Assembly (NCBI GenBank): GCA_964519985.1
Contig: CAZFMF010000018.1
Span: forward strand, 4,674-68,673
Direction: 5' to 3'
Length of the DNA stretch: 64,000 nt
From: an uncultured Pseudobdellovibrionaceae bacterium
Lineage (GTDB): Bacteria; Bdellovibrionota; FAC87; UBA2466
How positions within the stretch are numbered: the first letter of the stretch is position 1; each line of letters opens with the position of its first letter. The notes under the pieces were generated by a model. That model was not told the origin of the DNA, ran no database searches, and saw nothing but the letters and a program-made list of their open reading frames with translations. This document shows, one piece after another, positions 20,278-29,203 of the stretch. The position numbers and the translations under genes are program-made.

Positions 20278-22825
20278 GCCGCTGAAACTCCGCGGAGGCG
20301 AGTGCCGCGGCCCCATCATTTAGAATGACCTCGACCTCGGTGATCGGACTCCCCACCAGCCACCGGGGGGCGGTGCCCAGGGGCAGCAAGAAACGACCCG
20401 GTTTCCACTCGAAATTGAAAGACCCACTACTGCCGTCGACGGAGGTCCAGTGCAGACGCCCGCTCCCCCACGGAGCTCGGGGATCGCCGGGAATCTCCAG
20501 CCGCAGAAAATCGGCACGGCCGGTGGCACCGTCGAGGGCCCCACTGGTCACCCGCCAATGCCCTTTCTCACTCGCCACGATCGTGGTGGCCCGCCTTTCG
20601 AATCGGTTTTCCAGGCGGGGCCAGTTGCGTCCCCACGCGTGCGGCAGTCGTTGGAGATCGATCGGCTGGAGGATCCCGTTCAAGACTTCCAGCTCCTTCG
20701 CGTCCATCGGACCGGAGATGCGTGCGTTTGGATTCTTCTCTTTGTGGACCAAGGCCGCGAACGGTTTATGAACGGTTAGCGAATAGAGGTCCGACTCCAA
20801 TAGCCACCGGTACACGCGGTAGTTGCGAATGGACGCCGGGCCTTCCAGGTGGCGGATGGAAGGTGCGAGCCAAACCAGCGCGGGCGGGCTTTTCTTGAGG
20901 GCGGAAAGGTTTCGATTTTGGAAACCTTCGTCGAACGCGTGGTAGTCGGAGGCCAAGGGCACCGGCACCCGTTCGTCGAGAAGCGCATAGAGTAACGAAC
21001 GATTGGTCAGATCGAGATAGTTCTCTTCCGGTGCTTTTGAATTCCGGATCCGGTCCCGGATGGTAATGAGTTCGCGCCAGCGATCCGGGGGGGTGAAGAC
21101 CGCGCCTAGTTTGGGCAGTCCCCAATCCGTTCCCCGCACCAGCACGAACTCCCGCGGCACGGAAACGGGCGTGAAGAGATCGGCGAGTTTCGCACGGGGT
21201 GCCCACATGGAAAGCGGTAGGGCGTACCCCAGCGCGACCCCGGTTAGACCGCTCCACAGCAACGAAAAGGGTCGGCGACTTAGCGCGATGAGACAGCCAA
21301 CCAGGGAGAGGCTTCCCAAGAAAACGAGGCTGGTCACCCCGGTTCGGCTCAAGCCAATGGCGGCAATGCGACCGAAGGAATAGGGCAGAAGGAGCAAGGG
21401 GCCGAGTAAACTGAGGCAACCCACCAAAAACAAGGGCGGGAAGCTCCGTTCCGCTTTCTTTCTCGCGCGTGCCGCCATGACGAGAAAGATCCCACCCAGC
21501 GCCATGGACAAGAGCCAGCCCCCGCTACGCATTGCTTCAATGCTGAGTCGGTACGCCGGGTGGTCCCAGTCGATCGGCAGCGAGTGCGTGGTATCGGGCT
21601 GGACGACCCCGAGACCATAGGCGACTGAGTTCGCGCGCCCGTTGGCGAGTCCGAACGTCACGACCCCCACGAGCCAATTCCAACTCACGCCGATAAACGC
21701 TAGTACGGCGGCGACTCCGGCCGCGAGTTGCCGAAAGTTCCAGCGCGGACGAGTGAGGTAGAGTGTTGCGGCTAAGGCGATGCCGGTCGAAACGGTCCAG
21801 GCTACGCCCGAGGGGAGATTGTACAAGATCGCAAACAGGGCGAGAGCCGCCCAAGTCGGCCCTCGGACGGAGGGGCGGGCGACTAACCAGGGATCTAAAA
21901 TCAGCAAAGTGAACGGCAAGAGGCAGAGGAGGCGATCGCCGCCCTCCGGGTAGATCGCTAAGACCGGCAACATCCAGCCGGCGAGTCGAGGCCCCAGAAC
22001 CCGTGCGGCGAGGACCAAGCAAAGCCCGCCCACCTGGCTTTCGACGGAAGCCTTCGCGATCAGGTAAGTTCCGAGATCACCACCGTAAATCCACTGATTC
22101 CAGTAGCCGGCCACCATTCCCAACAGACCTTGGACCGGGACAAAATCAACGTAAGGTCGGGCACCCTTTTCATGGATTTGGTGCCAAGCGGTATAGAGCT
22201 CACCCAAATGGAAATCATCCAAGAGCAAGGGGCTCCACGCGGGTAAGGTATAGGCGGACAGCGTGCCCAGGGTGAAAAAGGTGGGCCAGGCGACGACGCA
22301 TTTCGGATCGCGCTTCAGCGTGCGCGCACTCAGCACCATTAGCCCGGCGATCGCGGCGCTGAGGAAAATCCAACCCTGCTCGTTGGGTCCGAAAGATTCG
22401 GACGCCTCTTGGAAACGAAATCCGATTTGGACGGTCGCGAACAATAGGAGTGGGCACCCGACTTGGAGTGGACGGAGTTTGGCAATGAGTTTCGGGTCCA
22501 GGCGGAGGCGTCCGATGGCGAAAGCAACGACCAAGGCCAGAACGGGAACTTCTAAAGCCAGCGGAGCGGCCAGTCGCCAATGCAGGACGAGCGCCACCAG
22601 AATTCCTGCGGCCCATCCCGCAAACGGGGCCCAAGGATGCGGACTGACCAGGCGATGGCGGGCCTTCTTGGTCAGGCTCTTTTCAACCCCGTAAGCAGCG
22701 CCCCATATTACGGCGAGAAAAACGGCGGTGCTGATCAATGCCCCGACGAAATCGCGGGTTTTGGAATAGTCGGCCCAGGCGATCGCCCCGGCCACGATAT
22801 CTTGATAGTTTTGTTCGAGCGTCAT
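20267..22825 (-). CDS. Large polytopic membrane protein (GT-C-like) with a C-terminal soluble domain; last gene of a 6-gene operon
   Basis: 852 aa. About 560 aa of TM helices ('DDFHLGELYTAWHQIHEKGARPY' acidic loop) precede a soluble tail of roughly 300 aa. The start overlaps the upstream gene's stop. Confidence 0.5.
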   Translation of the reverse strand: MTLEQNYQDIVAGAIAWADYSKTRDFVGALISTAVFLAVIWGAAYGVEKSLTKKARHRLVSPHPWAPFAGWAAGILVALVLHWRLAAPLALEVPVLALVVAFAIGRLRLDPKLIAKLRPLQVGCPLLLFATVQIGFRFQEASESFGPNEQGWIFLSAAIAGLMVLSARTLKRDPKCVVAWPTFFTLGTLSAYTLPAWSPLLLDDFHLGELYTAWHQIHEKGARPYVDFVPVQGLLGMVAGYWNQWIYGGDLGTYLIAKASVESQVGGLCLVLAARVLGPRLAGWMLPVLAIYPEGGDRLLCLLPFTLLILDPWLVARPSVRGPTWAALALFAILYNLPSGVAWTVSTGIALAATLYLTRPRWNFRQLAAGVAAVLAFIGVSWNWLVGVVTFGLANGRANSVAYGLGVVQPDTTHSLPIDWDHPAYRLSIEAMRSGGWLLSMALGGIFLVMAARARKKAERSFPPLFLVGCLSLLGPLLLLPYSFGRIAAIGLSRTGVTSLVFLGSLSLVGCLIALSRRPFSLLWSGLTGVALGYALPLSMWAPRAKLADLFTPVSVPREFVLVRGTDWGLPKLGAVFTPPDRWRELITIRDRIRNSKAPEENYLDLTNRSLLYALLDERVPVPLASDYHAFDEGFQNRNLSALKKSPPALVWLAPSIRHLEGPASIRNYRVYRWLLESDLYSLTVHKPFAALVHKEKNPNARISGPMDAKELEVLNGILQPIDLQRLPHAWGRNWPRLENRFERRATTIVASEKGHWRVTSGALDGATGRADFLRLEIPGDPRAPWGSGRLHWTSVDGSSGSFNFEWKPGRFLLPLGTAPRWLVGSPITEVEVILNDGAAALASAEFQRLTR

Positions 22826-23637
22826 TTTTCCCCGAAGGCCGGACCAATCTCTTTCAGAACCGCGGCAATGACTTCTGTCCTTCCCTCCGGGTTGAGCATT
22901 TCCACGGAGGCGTAAGGGGGAAGATCGAGGCGATTGAAAATATCGACGATAGCTTCAACCTGATCTCGCTTCCGATTTATAATCGGCTGAAGTGCTTCGG
23001 TGCTCAGATGAAAATGGCGAAATGCCGTGCGATGGGTTTCCACCGCTTGGAGGACATTTTCTCCTTCGAGTTCCATGCAACCCCAGTCCCCGTGCAAACC
23101 AAATCCGGGCGTCGCGACCCGATCGACCAAATCGGCGGCTTCGTCAGTGGTGACGATGAAATCGCAGGCATACTTTCTCGCATTCGCTTCCAAACCTAGA
23201 ATCACGCCGTGCTGGGCGGCGGCCTGGCCCACGCGTTGGAAGAAAGGGATCGCGATCTCTAGGGCGCGCTCGGGGGAGAGATTCCCCTTCAACCGGTTGC
23301 GGGGAGAACCGAAAACGAGCACTTTGGCCCCGAGGCGTTCGGCGAGCACAAACATTTTTTCGAGGTATTCGGCGAGGGCATCGCGCCGGGCTTCGTCTCC
23401 GAATAGACGGAGGTCGGGCTTTCCGAAGAGCAGGGATTGGAGCGCGACGATCGGCAATCCGCGTTTTTCCCAAGCGCGCCGGTACGCGGTGGCATCGGCA
23501 GCGGAGACGGCGGTGGGTTCCTTCCAAATCTTACTTGGCGCGATTTCGACGCCACTGACCCCACCCGCCTTCAGTACGGTGGCCACGTCGGCGTCATGCT
23601 TGGGTTCCCAAGCGAGATTGGAGAAAGCGAGTTTCAT
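22822..23637 (-). CDS. Sugar phosphate isomerase/epimerase (xylose-isomerase-like TIM barrel)
   Basis: 'MKLAFSNLAWEPKHDAD...VSGVEIAP...AKVLVFGSPRNR' is a typical AP-endonuclease-2 / TIM-barrel sugar epimerase. The ATG at ~23637 overlaps the upstream stop. Confidence 0.75.
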   Translation of the reverse strand: MKLAFSNLAWEPKHDADVATVLKAGGVSGVEIAPSKIWKEPTAVSAADATAYRRAWEKRGLPIVALQSLLFGKPDLRLFGDEARRDALAEYLEKMFVLAERLGAKVLVFGSPRNRLKGNLSPERALEIAIPFFQRVGQAAAQHGVILGLEANARKYACDFIVTTDEAADLVDRVATPGFGLHGDWGCMELEGENVLQAVETHRTAFRHFHLSTEALQPIINRKRDQVEAIVDIFNRLDLPPYASVEMLNPEGRTEVIAAVLKEIGPAFGEK

Positions 23638-24389
23638 ATTTGCGCAAACTCCCGAAGCTCCTGGAACACTTGCGCGCGGGAATAGAGGTAGCCATCGTCC
23701 CGGCCCCAAAGGGCACAATAGCGGCTTCTCAAATCGTAGGTCGCCGCGGGAGTTGTCGGTGCACTTTTTAGCTCGATTCCCAGCCCCTCGCGAGCGATAT
23801 CCCGCATAGCCGTGGGCTCTACCGCCAAGTGGATCAGCCGCAGCTTGGCGTCGCGGGCCTTTTCAATATCCGACCAAAGGTGTTTCAGATTGTAGAACTG
23901 GAATTTCGCCTCGGGGTGGATGGCTTCCACCAGGTTGTTGTGCATTAAGTCGTAGATCGCATTCTTTTTGAGACCGGGCCCAAAGAGCGCCGGGAGGCGG
24001 ACGATCAGTCCCGAGGGAAACAATCCGGAGAAAAACAGTTCGAGCGCGAATCGGTGCTTGCCGTAAGCGTGGTGATTCGAGGCATCGATCTCCGCCGTTT
24101 CATCCTTACCTCGGCAATCGGGAAAAACATCGACGGTAGAAATCAAGATCGCATGATCCGCTTTTACGGCGGAAAGATTGTGGATCAGGGCCTGGATATG
24201 CGCGAGGTCACTTTGCGGATCCTTATTGGCTTTCCACTTCTCCGCCCGTGCGCCGGAACAAACCAGCAGATCGAATTTTTTTCCTCGCATCTCGTCGCTA
24301 TTGGCGGAGTGGTAAAGATGCGTAAAGGGGTGTTGGGCCTTCAGGTTGCCACCGACAAAGCCCGTGTGTCCGATCAATGCCGCATTCAC
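23634..24389 (-). CDS. NAD(P)-dependent epimerase/dehydratase (SDR-like, ~251 aa)
   Basis: Rossmann motif 'VNAALIGHTGFVGGNL' at the N-terminus, if the GTG at ~24389 is the start (it overlaps the upstream TGA). The upstream extension in the track is low-complexity. Confidence 0.65.
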   Translation of the reverse strand: MNAALIGHTGFVGGNLKAQHPFTHLYHSANSDEMRGKKFDLLVCSGARAEKWKANKDPQSDLAHIQALIHNLSAVKADHAILISTVDVFPDCRGKDETAEIDASNHHAYGKHRFALELFFSGLFPSGLIVRLPALFGPGLKKNAIYDLMHNNLVEAIHPEAKFQFYNLKHLWSDIEKARDAKLRLIHLAVEPTAMRDIAREGLGIELKSAPTTPAATYDLRSRYCALWGRDDGYLYSRAQVFQELREFAQI

Positions 24390-25183
24390 TTGGGTGACTC
24401 CAGCTTGGGATCGAAACGGTGCCGACACGCATCGAGCAAAGTTCGCATCACCTTGATTTCCCCTTTGATGCCCTTGATTTTTGTCGGCGGCGCCTCGCCG
24501 GCGGGGTAGCGCCGTTCCACCGGAACCTCGGTCACGCGGAATCCCAGGCGGCCCGCGCGAATGGCTAGGTAGTAGTGCAATTCGTACTTGGTAAATACCT
24601 CGCGAAAGGGCTGGACTCGGGGATCGGTTAGAAATCGACGGCTGTACGCGCGAAACCCATTGGTGGTGTCGGTATAACGCACTCCCGCCGCCATCGAGAT
24701 CAAGGGCGCGTGGATGCAGCGGATGGCCAGAATGCGTTTCCACGGATTGTGGATGGCCTTACCTCCCGGCACGAACCGAGAACCTTGGATGTGATCGAAT
24801 CCCTTTTCCAGCGCGTCAATGAATCGGGTGATGCCCTCCACTCCGTCTTTATCATTTCCGTCGATGAGAATGATCCCTTCGTAGCCATCTTCGATAGCTT
24901 GGGCGAGGCCAATGCGGAGCTGCGCGCTCAGCCCCAGCGGTCGGGGCATGGCGAGATACCCCCGGAAACCATTGCGTTTCAACAGTTCGGAGGTAACGGC
25001 GCCGTCGGTGCTTCCGCCATCGACGAGGAAGGCGTCCACCTGATTCGCGAACGGGGCGAGCTTTACGGCCTGTCGGCGAATGCGTTCGCCCTCATTAAGC
25101 ACGGGAACGATGAGGGCGTACTTCGAGGACTTGGCCCGAAACAGTTCGCAAGTGTGGGATGGGACTTGCCAGCCCGCGTTCAT
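24386..25183 (-). CDS. Glycosyltransferase family 2
   Basis: 'YALIVPVLNEGERIRRQAVKLAP...FLVDGGSTDG...IILIDGNDKDG'. 265 aa. Confidence 0.75.
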   Translation of the reverse strand: MNAGWQVPSHTCELFRAKSSKYALIVPVLNEGERIRRQAVKLAPFANQVDAFLVDGGSTDGAVTSELLKRNGFRGYLAMPRPLGLSAQLRIGLAQAIEDGYEGIILIDGNDKDGVEGITRFIDALEKGFDHIQGSRFVPGGKAIHNPWKRILAIRCIHAPLISMAAGVRYTDTTNGFRAYSRRFLTDPRVQPFREVFTKYELHYYLAIRAGRLGFRVTEVPVERRYPAGEAPPTKIKGIKGEIKVMRTLLDACRHRFDPKLESPK

Positions 25184-26175
25184 CGCGGTGCCCTGGGCTC
25201 GGCCAAGGTATTGCGACGGCCCTCGCCGGAGACCCGCTCCAGCGAGTTGAGTTCCTCGAGAATATAGTAGAACGGGCGATCCTTGGATTCGGACAGCAGC
25301 CGGCCCAGGTACTCGGAAAGCACCGAAAGCGTGCCGAAGAGGAGGAAGAAGTTGACCGCGGTCTGAGAGGAAGCGGTGACCCAGCCTTCGGCGGGGTTGG
25401 GTTTTAGAAAATAGATGGCCGTGATGTAGCCCATGTAAAGCAGGTTGGCGAAACTCAGGGCGAGCGAGCCGAGTGTGACTAGGCGCAGCGGCCGCAGAGA
25501 GTTGAGGACGATGAGGTCCAGGGAAGCATTCACGGAATTCCAGAGTCGTGCAAAAAGTCCCGGACGCCGTGGGTTGGGTTTTGGCGTGTAGGGGAACAAG
25601 GAGTAGGGCACACCCAGGCTATTGTGGAGCGTGGTCAGAAAACGAAACTTGTCTTGGGTCCGGGACATCTGTTGGATCGCAGATCGAGAAAGAGCGGTGA
25701 AGTAAGTCGTGTGGCGCGGAAAGCGTAACTGCAGGAACCGGGCGCAAGCCCAAGCGTAGAGGCTTTCCACCCGGTTTGCGATCCAGCTCTGCGAGGCATC
25801 GCTCTTTTCGCCTAATACCAAACAGTGTTTTTCGCGACAGATTCGGACCAGGGCGGGGATTTCCTGCACCGGATCGGTTTCCGGAAGCAGGGTTACGCAA
25901 ATATCCCCGATCGCGACATCCAGCCCGGCGGTCAGTGCGGTGGCGACATCAAAGCGGCGCGAAAGCCGGAGGTAGCGAACTCCCGTCCACTTCGATAGCA
26001 GCGCATTGACCAAGACGCGCGTGGCATCATCCGATCCACGGTCGACCAATAGGATCTCGAACTGGTCATAGTGATCGCTTAGGACCGCATGCAGTTCGGA
26101 TAAGAAACCTTCGATGCGGTCCGCCGCATTGTGGAGGGGAGCAATCACAGTGATCAGGTGATCCGAGAGTTTCAC
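25180..26175 (-). CDS. Glycosyltransferase family 2, GtrB/ArnC-like polyprenyl-phosphate sugar synthase with C-terminal TM anchors
   Basis: 'ITVIAPLHNAADRIEGFLSELHAVLSDHYDQFEILLVDRGSDDAT'. C-terminal hydrophobic helices ('LIVLNSLRPLRLVTLGSLALSFANLLYMGYI'). The GTG start at ~26175 gives a GTGA overlap with the upstream gene. Confidence 0.75.
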   Translation of the reverse strand: MKLSDHLITVIAPLHNAADRIEGFLSELHAVLSDHYDQFEILLVDRGSDDATRVLVNALLSKWTGVRYLRLSRRFDVATALTAGLDVAIGDICVTLLPETDPVQEIPALVRICREKHCLVLGEKSDASQSWIANRVESLYAWACARFLQLRFPRHTTYFTALSRSAIQQMSRTQDKFRFLTTLHNSLGVPYSLFPYTPKPNPRRPGLFARLWNSVNASLDLIVLNSLRPLRLVTLGSLALSFANLLYMGYITAIYFLKPNPAEGWVTASSQTAVNFFLLFGTLSVLSEYLGRLLSESKDRPFYYILEELNSLERVSGEGRRNTLAEPRAPR

Positions 26176-27284
26176 AAACCTGCTTTCCGGTCCGACGGAT
26201 CGGCGCCGCAATAAATTTCGACTTCCGCCAGGCAATCGAAGATGTTGTCTATCTTACCACCCAGAACGCAATGCAGGCCAGGCAGCCCGAAGTTGGTACG
26301 GAAGAGGATGGGCCGGCTGTCGTTCTCTTCGCTTTGCGGCAACAAGGCTTTCGTTTCCCAGAGCGAATCGCGATAGGTGCACTGGCTGAGCAGAGGGAGG
26401 TAGCGGGCAGCGTCTCGCTTCATAGACTCGAACCGACTCCTGCGCTCGAACGTGGATTCGTCGAGCGTGTTCTCTGGTTGCTTCCAACGCAAGTGCGGAG
26501 TGTAGCGTACGTGCGAGAAGGTGTGAAGGGCCTTGGCCGGGAAGGGCATCAGCGAAAAAAAAGGCCCGTCCATCACGGTGACACCGGCGCGGCGCAATGC
26601 CTCGGGGGCTTCCACCAAGGCCATTTCGGCAATCTCCAACTGCATCGGAATGATCGATTGGCCAAATGCCGCCAAGACCCGATTTAGGGCGGAGTAAGTG
26701 CAAACCCATATCTCTTTCGTGCGGATTTCTCTTCCGTCGCGACACTGCACCCGAAACGAACCATCGGATTCGCGCGCTAGCGAATGGGCGCTGGAGTTTA
26801 GCGAAACCGTGACGCCGGCGGCGCTGAGATCCGCTTCGAGGCGCGCGCGCAACTTGCGCGCATCAAAAACGCTTTCTTCCACCTCAAAAACATCTTCGAT
26901 GGTCTCGCGATTGAAGAGCGTGCGAATCTCCGGGGGGGCCGGCGCTAACGGGGCGCCGATCCGATGGCAGAGCTGGGTGAATTGCTTAGCCGAGATCTGC
27001 GACAGTGAAGACGAAACGGCATAGTAGTGGCGAAAACCTGGGACCACACTTTCGGAATACAGTTCGAGGAAGTGCGCGTAGTTGATTCGCGAGCGCTTGG
27101 CGGTGAGGAAACTGCGCGGGTAGTGGTAGCCGCCGTGTACGCGGGCCTGATTGGAAAAGCTCGCACGGTGAAACAGCTGGTCTCCTTCTTCCAGCAAGAT
27201 CACCGAACCGCGAAAGCCAGAGAGTTTCTGTGCGATCGAGCAGCCGAAAAACCCTCCGCCAATCACCATCGAGTCGAAAATCAT
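26172..27284 (-). CDS. FAD-dependent oxidoreductase (DAO family)
   Basis: N-terminal dinucleotide fold 'MIFDSMVIGGGFFGCSIAQKLSG...VILLEEGD'. 370 aa. First gene of the operon. Confidence 0.8.
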   Translation of the reverse strand: MIFDSMVIGGGFFGCSIAQKLSGFRGSVILLEEGDQLFHRASFSNQARVHGGYHYPRSFLTAKRSRINYAHFLELYSESVVPGFRHYYAVSSSLSQISAKQFTQLCHRIGAPLAPAPPEIRTLFNRETIEDVFEVEESVFDARKLRARLEADLSAAGVTVSLNSSAHSLARESDGSFRVQCRDGREIRTKEIWVCTYSALNRVLAAFGQSIIPMQLEIAEMALVEAPEALRRAGVTVMDGPFFSLMPFPAKALHTFSHVRYTPHLRWKQPENTLDESTFERRSRFESMKRDAARYLPLLSQCTYRDSLWETKALLPQSEENDSRPILFRTNFGLPGLHCVLGGKIDNIFDCLAEVEIYCGADPSDRKAGL

Positions 27285-27490
27285 GGCGTCATTATACCGG
27301 GGTTGGCGTCAGAAGCTTAGACAGTTCCGGGTTTTCGCCGCTTTGAAAAACAGGAGGCTAGACCGGGGGTATACGGGTCTTTGGAGCGTCAAAATGCCAC
27401 GCGGTGACTACCCACTTTGAGTGCTCACGAGTAGTCGCGGTCTGGCAAATTCTTTGCACTTCTATCCGGTCAATACGAGTGGAGTGCGCG

Positions 27491-28072
27491 ATGAAAGCGG
27501 TACGCGGACAGTGGATGTTGGTTACTTTCCTTTGGGTGGGCTTGCCGATGACGGCGATGGCCGAAGGGCCCAATCACAATGGGAATTCGGGAACGCCGCG
27601 GCCCTATGCGGGCCAAACGCCCCAACAAGTTTTTAATAACACGATTAGCGCCTGTGCCTTGGGCCAAGGTGCTGGAGTTGGGCCCGGCTTTGCGGCCGCT
27701 CTACCGATAGCCTCGCCGCCACCGCCCTCTCCACCGCCGGCCGTTTTTCCTCCCCCGGGTGATGACATCTTGCCGAGCGATGACACGGAAACTTCTCCGA
27801 CCGGGTCGGCCGAAACGCCGAAATCCGCTACGGCGTCGACCCGAAATGGGGGAACGCCTCCGGTCCAAGACGCCACCGTCCGTCAATCCGACGTGATCGG
27901 GATCATGTCCAAAGTGAACTGCAACAAATGCCACGGCGACGGACGTGTGGCCGCCGATTACAGCCCGCAGGAGCTGGCCCAGAAGTTCGCGGATGTCGCC
28001 AAAATGCGAGCGGCGCTGCCGGCGGGCGAAGTCGCCAAGCTGGAGTCGTGGATCAAGGCCGGCGCACGCTAA
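27491..28072 (+). CDS. Secreted Pro-rich protein with a single CXXCH haem-binding motif (putative c-type cytochrome)
   Basis: Signal peptide 'MKAVRGQWMLVTFLWVGLPMTAMA'. 'SPPPPSPPPAVFPPPGDD' linker. 'CNKCHGDG' near the C-terminus. Confidence 0.45.
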   Translation: MKAVRGQWMLVTFLWVGLPMTAMAEGPNHNGNSGTPRPYAGQTPQQVFNNTISACALGQGAGVGPGFAAALPIASPPPPSPPPAVFPPPGDDILPSDDTETSPTGSAETPKSATASTRNGGTPPVQDATVRQSDVIGIMSKVNCNKCHGDGRVAADYSPQELAQKFADVAKMRAALPAGEVAKLESWIKAGAR

Positions 28073-28160
28073 GTCTTCGAAATCATGAACATCGCAGTGC
28101 GCCAGCGCGCTGCATTATTTTCCTTTAGTTCGCCCTTCTTTCCTTCCGATAAGTCGAAGG

Positions 28161-29201
28161 ATGTCCAGGACTGCTTTCATTGGCCTTGGGGTGGCCGTTT
28201 TCGCGGGTTTGTTTGCTCTCGATCTTTGGGTGGTACGCCCGAAGATTGAGCGCGATCTAGCCCGCCGTACGCGCGAAGCGCTCGGAAAGCGGGCGATTGC
28301 GGTGAAGGACGCCCGCTTTTCCGGTCGGGACGGGCAAATTGAAATCGTGGATACGGGGGCTGGGGAACTGGCGCAGGCGACCCGTGCCACCGAAGGCGTT
28401 TTTGGCGTGCGGGTCGCCGAAGTGACGGCGCGTACCACGCGCAAGGCGTCGCCGTTGGTCAAAGTTGAGCGGGTGGGCGAGAACGTGAAATGGTCGGGAA
28501 TCCTTCCCAGCGAAAAGGTGAAAGCAGATTTCGTTCGCGCGCTGAATGACGCTTACGGGGTAATGGTCATTACCGAAGAAGTGACGATCGGAGAAGTGAG
28601 CGCGCCGACGTATCTCCAAGGTTTTGTCGCGATGGTGGGATTGCTCACCGCTACGGCGCCGGAAGGCTTTTTGGAATTGAGTGGCACCAGCGTGCGCTTG
28701 GGTGGAGAAACGCCGGATGCGCAAGCGCGCGAAAACCTGCGGGCCCGGGCGCAGGAACTACTGCCCCCGGACTTGCGTTTGGTTTTTGACGTGAGGGCGC
28801 CGGAGCGATCGCAGGTGGCCCAGATTTCGCCGTCTATTCCGCAACGCGATTTTCGGCGCGAATTGGAATCGACCCGATTGGGTTTCGCTTTTAACTCCAC
28901 CCAGCTAACCGCCGAAACGGTGTACCTGGTCGAACCGTTGGTGGAAATGGTGAAGGAGCAGGGGGCACTGCGTTTGCGCATCATTGGCCACGCCGACGCG
29001 ACGGGGACGGATGCTTATAACGAGGCCTTGAGCCGCCGGCGTTCGAAATCGATCGCTCAACTCCTCATTCGAAATGGAGTGGCGGCCACCTCATTAGAGA
29101 CGGAGGGTCGCGGAGAATCCCAACCCGTCGCGGACAATACAACCCCCGCGGGTCGCGCGAAAAACCGGCGCGTGGAATTTGAGCTGGTGGAAGGAAGCTA
29201 G
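28161..29201 (+). CDS. OmpA/MotB-family protein (N-terminal TM anchor, C-terminal peptidoglycan-binding OmpA-like domain)
   Basis: C-terminus 'LRIIGHADATGTDAYNEALSRRRSKSIAQLLIRNGVAATSLETEGRGESQPVADNTTPAGRAKNRRVEFELV'. Confidence 0.8.
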   Translation: MSRTAFIGLGVAVFAGLFALDLWVVRPKIERDLARRTREALGKRAIAVKDARFSGRDGQIEIVDTGAGELAQATRATEGVFGVRVAEVTARTTRKASPLVKVERVGENVKWSGILPSEKVKADFVRALNDAYGVMVITEEVTIGEVSAPTYLQGFVAMVGLLTATAPEGFLELSGTSVRLGGETPDAQARENLRARAQELLPPDLRLVFDVRAPERSQVAQISPSIPQRDFRRELESTRLGFAFNSTQLTAETVYLVEPLVEMVKEQGALRLRIIGHADATGTDAYNEALSRRRSKSIAQLLIRNGVAATSLETEGRGESQPVADNTTPAGRAKNRRVEFELVEGS

Positions 29202-29203
29202 AA

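Noticed and set aside
27285-27490. 206-bp intergenic region upstream of the FAD-oxidoreductase operon as a possible ncRNA/tRNA
   Set aside because: It has no tRNA-like T-arm (GTTCRA) and no stable conserved structure that I could see. It is most simply a divergent promoter region.
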